Assembly: GCA_039028615.1 (NCBI GenBank)
Contig: JBCCHT010000003.1
Coordinates: forward strand, 128,001 to 192,000
DNA length: 64,000 nt
Direction: 5' to 3'
Source: Myxococcota bacterium
GTDB lineage: Bacteria; Myxococcota_A; Polyangia; Nannocystales; Nannocystaceae
In this document: one piece after another, positions 59,519 to 64,000 of the stretch
Layout: every line of letters starts with the position of its first letter
Position numbering within the stretch: the first letter of the stretch is position 1
Translations under genes and position numbers: made by a program
Notes under the pieces: model-generated
What the model was told of the DNA's origin: nothing
Databases searched by the model: none
What the model saw: only the letters and a program-made list of their open reading frames with translations

Positions 59519-62218
59519 GGCCGGCTCCGCGTTCTTGGACGCGAGGCGTCGGCACCCGGGCGAGTCGTCGTCGGCACAGGCCGTCAGCGCTCGTCGCCGT
59601 AGCTCGGGCAGGTCCGGGATCTGGGCGCCTGCCGCCTCGGCCTCCACCATGATGCCCACGGCGCGCGCGAGCCGGCCTGCGCTCGGCGAGGGCCCGAGGT
59701 TGTCGAGCGTCGCTCGGAGGTGACGAACGGCCTCGTCGGGTCGCTCGCGTGCCAGCAACAGCTCCGCCAGCTCTCGCTCGGCGCTGGCGCGCTCGCGGTC
59801 GCCGTCGGGCCACACCCGCCGCCCGCTGGAGACCGCCGCCTGCAGGTGGGTCTCGGCGCAGGTCAGCTGTTCGCGATCCAGACAGACTCTGGCCAGCCCT
59901 CGGAGCAGCCGCACGCGAAACTGGTCGTGCACGTCGCCCATGGCGGCCAGGCCTCGCCAGTAGTTGTGCTCTGCGCCCTCGAGGTTGCCGAACAGGTGTT
60001 GGTTGTAGCCGAGGTTGAGGTACGCGGTGGCGGTGCGCGGGCTCAGCCGGCCATAGCCGCGCTCGGACTGCTGCACGGCGGTTTCGAGGTGCTCGATGGT
60101 GCGTTCGGGGTGTCCCTGCTCGCGGGCGATCCGAGCCAGCACCATCGAGATCCTGGCGCGACGCGGATGGGAGGCCCCCAGGGTGCGGATCGTTCGCTCG
60201 TCGAGGCGCCGGGCTTTTTCCAGCGCGACGTCGAACTCGGATGCACCCATGTGGGTTTGGAGCAGGGCGGCGCCGGCCAGCCACGCGAGCTCGTCGAGCT
60301 CGGAGCGGCTCTCGTCGATCTGCGCGAGGATGCCTTCGAAGGTCTCGGTGGCCGCCGCCCACTCGTGGCGCCGCTGCTGAAGCAGGCCCCGCACGTGCTG
60401 CCGGGTGAGGACCTGCGCGTCGTCGGGGTGCCGACGCAAGCCCGCGTCGGCGTGTCGGAGCCACTCTTCGGCTTCGTCGGGGGCCTCGGCGTAGGCGTGC
60501 TGCATGGCCAGCGCATTGGCGTGGCGGGCCAGCTCGCGGCCATCGGTGAGCTCGGCCGACAGGTAGTACGCGGACTCGAACGCGGCGAAGCGACGGGGGT
60601 CGCCCAGCTCTCCCCACGCGATGCCGGCCGCCGCGTAGGCATCGGCCGCGAGCGTGCCCAGCTCGGCCGCGGCGGCTTCGGCTGCGAGCGTCTCCGCGGC
60701 GGCGGCGGTCTGCGCGTAGTGGCCCGCCGCGAGGTCGGCCCGGACGATGGCCAGGCGCTTGCTCAGCGAGCGATGGAGCGGCGAAGCGGAGTCCGCGGGC
60801 ACCGCATCGGAGTCGCACCGCGCGGGCGAGGGCAACGAGCGCACCGCGGCGATGGCCCGGGCCACGGCGGGGGTGTCCGGCGTCTCCAGGCGGGCGAGCA
60901 GGGCGGACAGCGTGCTCAGGCCATCGCGGAGGCACGCGGCGCGGGCATCGAAGCGAGCGTCGTCGATCGATTCGTCCACCCAGCGGGCGCGGCATGTCGC
61001 CAGGTCCTGCTCGACCCAGGCATCGGCGTAGCGCTCCACTTGCCGCTCGATCCGACCGACGAGGGCCGCGGCCCCGTCGGCGTCTGTCGCCTGCAGGCTC
61101 GCCTGCAGCGTGCTCCGTCGCGCGGGACTCCAGACGGTGGCGAACCGAGCCCGGGCCGTGTCTTCGTGACACGTCACGGGCGTGACGCTCGGCGCGGTGG
61201 TCCAGCCCAGGCCCAGCGCACCCGCGGTGACGACGGCGCCCGCGAGCACCCACCATCGGCGGGGCGTAGGGCGTCGCTTCAGCGCTCGTCGCAGCTCCTG
61301 CATCGAGGCGAAGCGGGCGGCGGGGGTGGGCGAAAGGGCGCGACGCAGCGCCCGCGTGAAGGGGGCGGGCACGAGGGAGGACTCGGGCTGCTCCTGCGGT
61401 CGCAGGTCGGGATCCTCGGCGAGATCCAGCGGGCTCACCCCGGCAAAGGGATGCTCCCCGAACACCAGCTCCCATGCCGTCACCGCGAAGCCGAACTGGT
61501 CGCTCGCCGCGTCCACCGGGTCGCCGCGCAGCTGCTCGGGCGACATGTAGCGGGGCGTGCCCGCAATGCGGGTCATCGACATCGAGGGGTGGCTCCAGCC
61601 GGAGACGAGCGAGTCGCCGGGGTTCGCCCCCGCCCGCGCGAGCCCGAAGTCGGCGACGCGAACGCGGCCGTCGTTGCCCACCAACACGTTGGCGGGCTTG
61701 AAGTCGCGGTGGATGAGCCCTCGTTCGTGCGCGGCGGCCAGGCCCGCCGCCGCTTCGTCGAGGATCGTGCACACGCGATCGAAGCGCTCGCGGCCGCCTG
61801 GTGGGTGCTGCTCGGCCCACTGCGCGAGCGTAACCCCGCGGACCAGCTCCATCGCGATCCACAGCTGCTGTTCGTGCACGCCCGTGTCGAAGACCTCGAC
61901 CACGTGCGGGTGGCTCAGCCGTGCCAGCGACCGCGCCTCGCGGAGCTGCGTCGGCGGCCGGCTCGCCTCGCCGTGCTCGGGCGACAAGAGCTTGAGCGCC
62001 ACGGTCCGCCGCAGCTCGCCGTCCTCCGCCTCGAACACCCGCCCGTGGGCGCCTCGCCCCAGCAAGCGCAGCAGCCGAAAACGGCCGATCTGGACGGCGG
62101 AGGGGCGACCGAAGAGCTGCTCGCGGAGCTGGGCCAGCGCGAGCCGAGCGTCGAGCTCGTTCGCGTCAGGGCAGCCCTGCAGGGTTTCCCGCCAGCCGCG
62201 TTCCTCGTCGTCGCTCAC
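59483..62218 (-). CDS. Ser/Thr protein kinase with TM and TPR region
   Basis: GRGAHGRV, VALK, HRDFKPAN, ADFG, GTPRYMSPEQ; GTG 62218 start. Confidence 0.92.
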   Translation of the reverse strand: MSDDEERGWRETLQGCPDANELDARLALAQLREQLFGRPSAVQIGRFRLLRLLGRGAHGRVFEAEDGELRRTVALKLLSPEHGEASRPPTQLREARSLARLSHPHVVEVFDTGVHEQQLWIAMELVRGVTLAQWAEQHPPGGRERFDRVCTILDEAAAGLAAAHERGLIHRDFKPANVLVGNDGRVRVADFGLARAGANPGDSLVSGWSHPSMSMTRIAGTPRYMSPEQLRGDPVDAASDQFGFAVTAWELVFGEHPFAGVSPLDLAEDPDLRPQEQPESSLVPAPFTRALRRALSPTPAARFASMQELRRALKRRPTPRRWWVLAGAVVTAGALGLGWTTAPSVTPVTCHEDTARARFATVWSPARRSTLQASLQATDADGAAALVGRIERQVERYADAWVEQDLATCRARWVDESIDDARFDARAACLRDGLSTLSALLARLETPDTPAVARAIAAVRSLPSPARCDSDAVPADSASPLHRSLSKRLAIVRADLAAGHYAQTAAAAETLAAEAAAAELGTLAADAYAAAGIAWGELGDPRRFAAFESAYYLSAELTDGRELARHANALAMQHAYAEAPDEAEEWLRHADAGLRRHPDDAQVLTRQHVRGLLQQRRHEWAAATETFEGILAQIDESRSELDELAWLAGAALLQTHMGASEFDVALEKARRLDERTIRTLGASHPRRARISMVLARIAREQGHPERTIEHLETAVQQSERGYGRLSPRTATAYLNLGYNQHLFGNLEGAEHNYWRGLAAMGDVHDQFRVRLLRGLARVCLDREQLTCAETHLQAAVSSGRRVWPDGDRERASAERELAELLLARERPDEAVRHLRATLDNLGPSPSAGRLARAVGIMVEAEAAGAQIPDLPELRRRALTACADDDSPGCRRLASKNAEPASVGLHADAGEQ

Positions 62219-62353
62219 GTGGCGGCAGTGTAGCCAGCTCGCCGCCGTCGTCATTGGAATTTCGGTCGCCGTGATCCGCCGCGGCGGCTCGGACGTCTGT
62301 CCCGACGAGGGGAGGTCCGTGCCGGGCTCGTCTATACTCTCGCCACCAAGGCC

Positions 62354-63118
62354 ATGAGCGAAGCCGACCTCTACCACGCCCTCGTCATGCTGCTGTTCGC
62401 CATCGCGGGGGTGGTCTTTGCCGTGCTCGGCTTGGTCAGCGCGCCCTATGGGCGTCACGCTCGGCAGGGCTGGGGCCCTCGCGTGGGCGAGCGCGTGGCG
62501 TGGATCGTGATGGAGGCGCCGTCGTCGTTGCTCTTCGCGTGGATCTTCTTCCAGGGTCCGCGCGCCTTCGATCCGGTGCCGCTGGTCATGCTGGGCCTGT
62601 GGCAGGCGCACTACCTGCACCGCGCGTTCATCTACCCGCTTCGCAAGCGCAGCCGACCCGGCCAGACGATGCCCCTGGTGGTCATGCTGATGGCGTTGGT
62701 GTTCAACGTCCTCAACAGCTACCTCAACGCGCGGTGGCTGTCGGCGATGGGGCCCGAGTATGCGCTGCGGTGGTTGCTGACCTTCCGCTTCCTGTACGGG
62801 GCGATGCTGTTCATCACCGGGTTCGTCATCAATCGCTGGGCCGACGCTCGGCTCCGCACGCTGCGGCGCCCGGGAGAGAGCGGCTACTCGATCCCCCGCG
62901 GGGGCTTGTTCAACGAGATCTCGTGCCCGAACTACTTCGGTGAGCTCGTGCAGTGGGTGGGCTGGGCTCTGCTCACCTGGTCGCCGGCCGGCATGGCCTT
63001 CGCCGCGTTCACGGCCGCCAACCTGGTGCCGCGGGCGGTGACCCATCACCGTTGGTACGAGCGCACCTTTCCCGGCTACCCGCGGCGTCGCAAAGCGATC
63101 ATCCCTTACGTGCTGTGA
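62354..63118 (+). CDS. 3-oxo-5-alpha-steroid 4-dehydrogenase (steroid 5-alpha-reductase) family protein
   Basis: APYGRH, AW.VME.PS, HY..RAFIYP, YSIPRGGLF..ISCPNYFGE, NLVPRA..HH.WY, RKAIIPY. Confidence 0.92.
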   Translation: MSEADLYHALVMLLFAIAGVVFAVLGLVSAPYGRHARQGWGPRVGERVAWIVMEAPSSLLFAWIFFQGPRAFDPVPLVMLGLWQAHYLHRAFIYPLRKRSRPGQTMPLVVMLMALVFNVLNSYLNARWLSAMGPEYALRWLLTFRFLYGAMLFITGFVINRWADARLRTLRRPGESGYSIPRGGLFNEISCPNYFGELVQWVGWALLTWSPAGMAFAAFTAANLVPRAVTHHRWYERTFPGYPRRRKAIIPYVL

Positions 63119-63265
63119 CCCCGTCGGCCGGTCTGAGGGCCGGTCCGTTCATTTTGGGCCGAGCGTTTTGCATCTTTTTGAGCAGCGCACGTCCTAGGTG
63201 AACGACGGGAGCACACGCGCTCCCGGGATCGCCCTGTGTCCGCCGTCATGGCGCCGCCACAGGGG

Positions 63266-63279
63266 TGACATCGATGTCA
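63266..63279. promoter_or_regulatory. Candidate upstream activating sequence for a sigma54 enhancer-binding protein
   Basis: Perfect palindrome TGACATCGATGTCA ~120-130 bp upstream of the -24 element. Confidence 0.5.
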
Positions 63280-63395
63280 GGGACTGACGTCCGTGCGGGG
63301 GCCAAGTCGGACTTTTGCGTCATGCTGCTAGGGCAGAACGCGGCGATCTCGCGCCTGTGACGAAATTTCTTCAATGATCTCAGGTGGCGACAGGA

Positions 63396-63411
63396 TGGCA
63401 CGGTGGCTGCA
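63396..63411 (+). promoter_or_regulatory. Sigma54 (-24/-12) promoter
   Basis: TGGCAC-GGTGG-CTGCA matches TGGCAC-N5-TTGCW with invariant GG and GC correctly spaced. Confidence 0.72.
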
Positions 63412-63421
63412 ACTATTGTCG

Positions 63422-63997
63422 AGCGTCGGCGGGGTCGGTCCCAACCTCAACCTCGCAGGCCTCTTACTCTGGCTTGTTCTTGCATCCCTTCCTTTAGCTT
63501 ACTTGCTCCTTAGTTTGATTCGCTTGGCTTAGTGTCTGACTTGGACTGTCACTTTTCTCGACTTGGCTTAACCGACCGTCCTTGGCTTACCTGTTCGACC
63601 CCTTGGCTTGATCGATTCTCTTTGCGCGTCGCTTCGTTTCGTCCCCTTTGCGTACGCCTTGATGTCGCGCCGTTGGCCCTCGCCCCCTGAGGGCCCGGCT
63701 CGCGACTGCGGGCCCGGTGGAACCTGTGCACGTTCCCTGCAGGCATCCCCGATTCCCGGCCCGCCACGATTTCCCTCTGTTAGTCCGTTAGTACTTAGAC
63801 TTGACTTGGTTTGATTCTGGTCGCGTTGGAAAAACTAGTAGTAGTGCGTTAGTCGAACGATAGTTGCCCCACTTAGTCTTAGCTTAGGAATACTCGACGT
63901 TTCGAGTCGTCGTCCCGGAATCGGTGCCCCGGGACTTCCACTCCTTGGTCCGTCACTCCGATTCGAAAGCCCGGGCTCATTCGAGCCCGGGCTTTCG
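63422..63997 (+). ncRNA. Candidate ~575-nt repeat-rich non-coding RNA
   Basis: No credible ORF; lies between sigma54 promoter and terminator; 10 TTAG and 4 CTTGGCTT motifs in U-rich tracts separated by GC-rich hairpins. Confidence 0.6.
63964..63997 (+). terminator. Terminator-like hairpin
   Basis: Perfect 15-bp stem CGAAAGCCCGGGCTC-ATTC-GAGCCCGGGCTTTCG; downstream tract cut by the window end. Confidence 0.75.
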
Positions 63998-64000
63998 TGT

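Noticed and set aside
63549..63814. Short ORFs inside the terminal T-rich region
   Set aside because: No GC3 bias, no motifs, weak starts; non-coding interpretation fits better
63480..63890. CRISPR array or tandem satellite
   Set aside because: Repeats are only 4-9 nt, irregularly spaced, with no 25-40 nt direct repeats and no cas genes
1..64000. rRNA, tRNA, integrase, transposase or prophage genes
   Set aside because: None recognised by eye; not verified with tRNAscan or HMMs

Overview
High-GC (~70%) bacterial window with strong myxobacterial hallmarks: three Ser/Thr kinase-TPR proteins, two related ECF sigma factors, a MYXO-CTERM-type trypsin, Cys-rich CGDG repeat lipoproteins and an AgmX/TonB-C-like domain. 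A Nannocystaceae-like host is an inference. About 45 credible CDS were separated from many antisense shadow ORFs. Recognisable blocks are HugZ-like and SppA genes, a LysR/SnoaL pair, a TPR-PDZ-triheme cytochrome cluster, a complete 4-hydroxyproline catabolic operon behind an XRE-cupin regulator, Mini-RNase III, a desaturase, a K+ channel and a steroid 5-alpha-reductase-like gene. Four features stand out. (1) At the right end, a ~575-nt ORF-free, U-rich unit lies between a sigma54 promoter (with an upstream palindrome) and a 15-bp terminator hairpin; it carries 10 UUAG and 4 CUUGGCUU repeats and is a candidate protein-sponge ncRNA. (2) An OmpA/PG-binding gene, a C2-like metzincin gene and two paralogous partner genes (one cytoplasmic, one lipoprotein) form a possible effector/immunity locus. 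(3) A TetR-operator-controlled operon joins an aldehyde dehydrogenase, an Rnl2-type RNA ligase and an orphan CdiI-like immunity gene. (4) A 160-bp MITE has 22-bp perfect TIRs and a TA duplication. All product calls come from motif recognition by eye; no database search was run.
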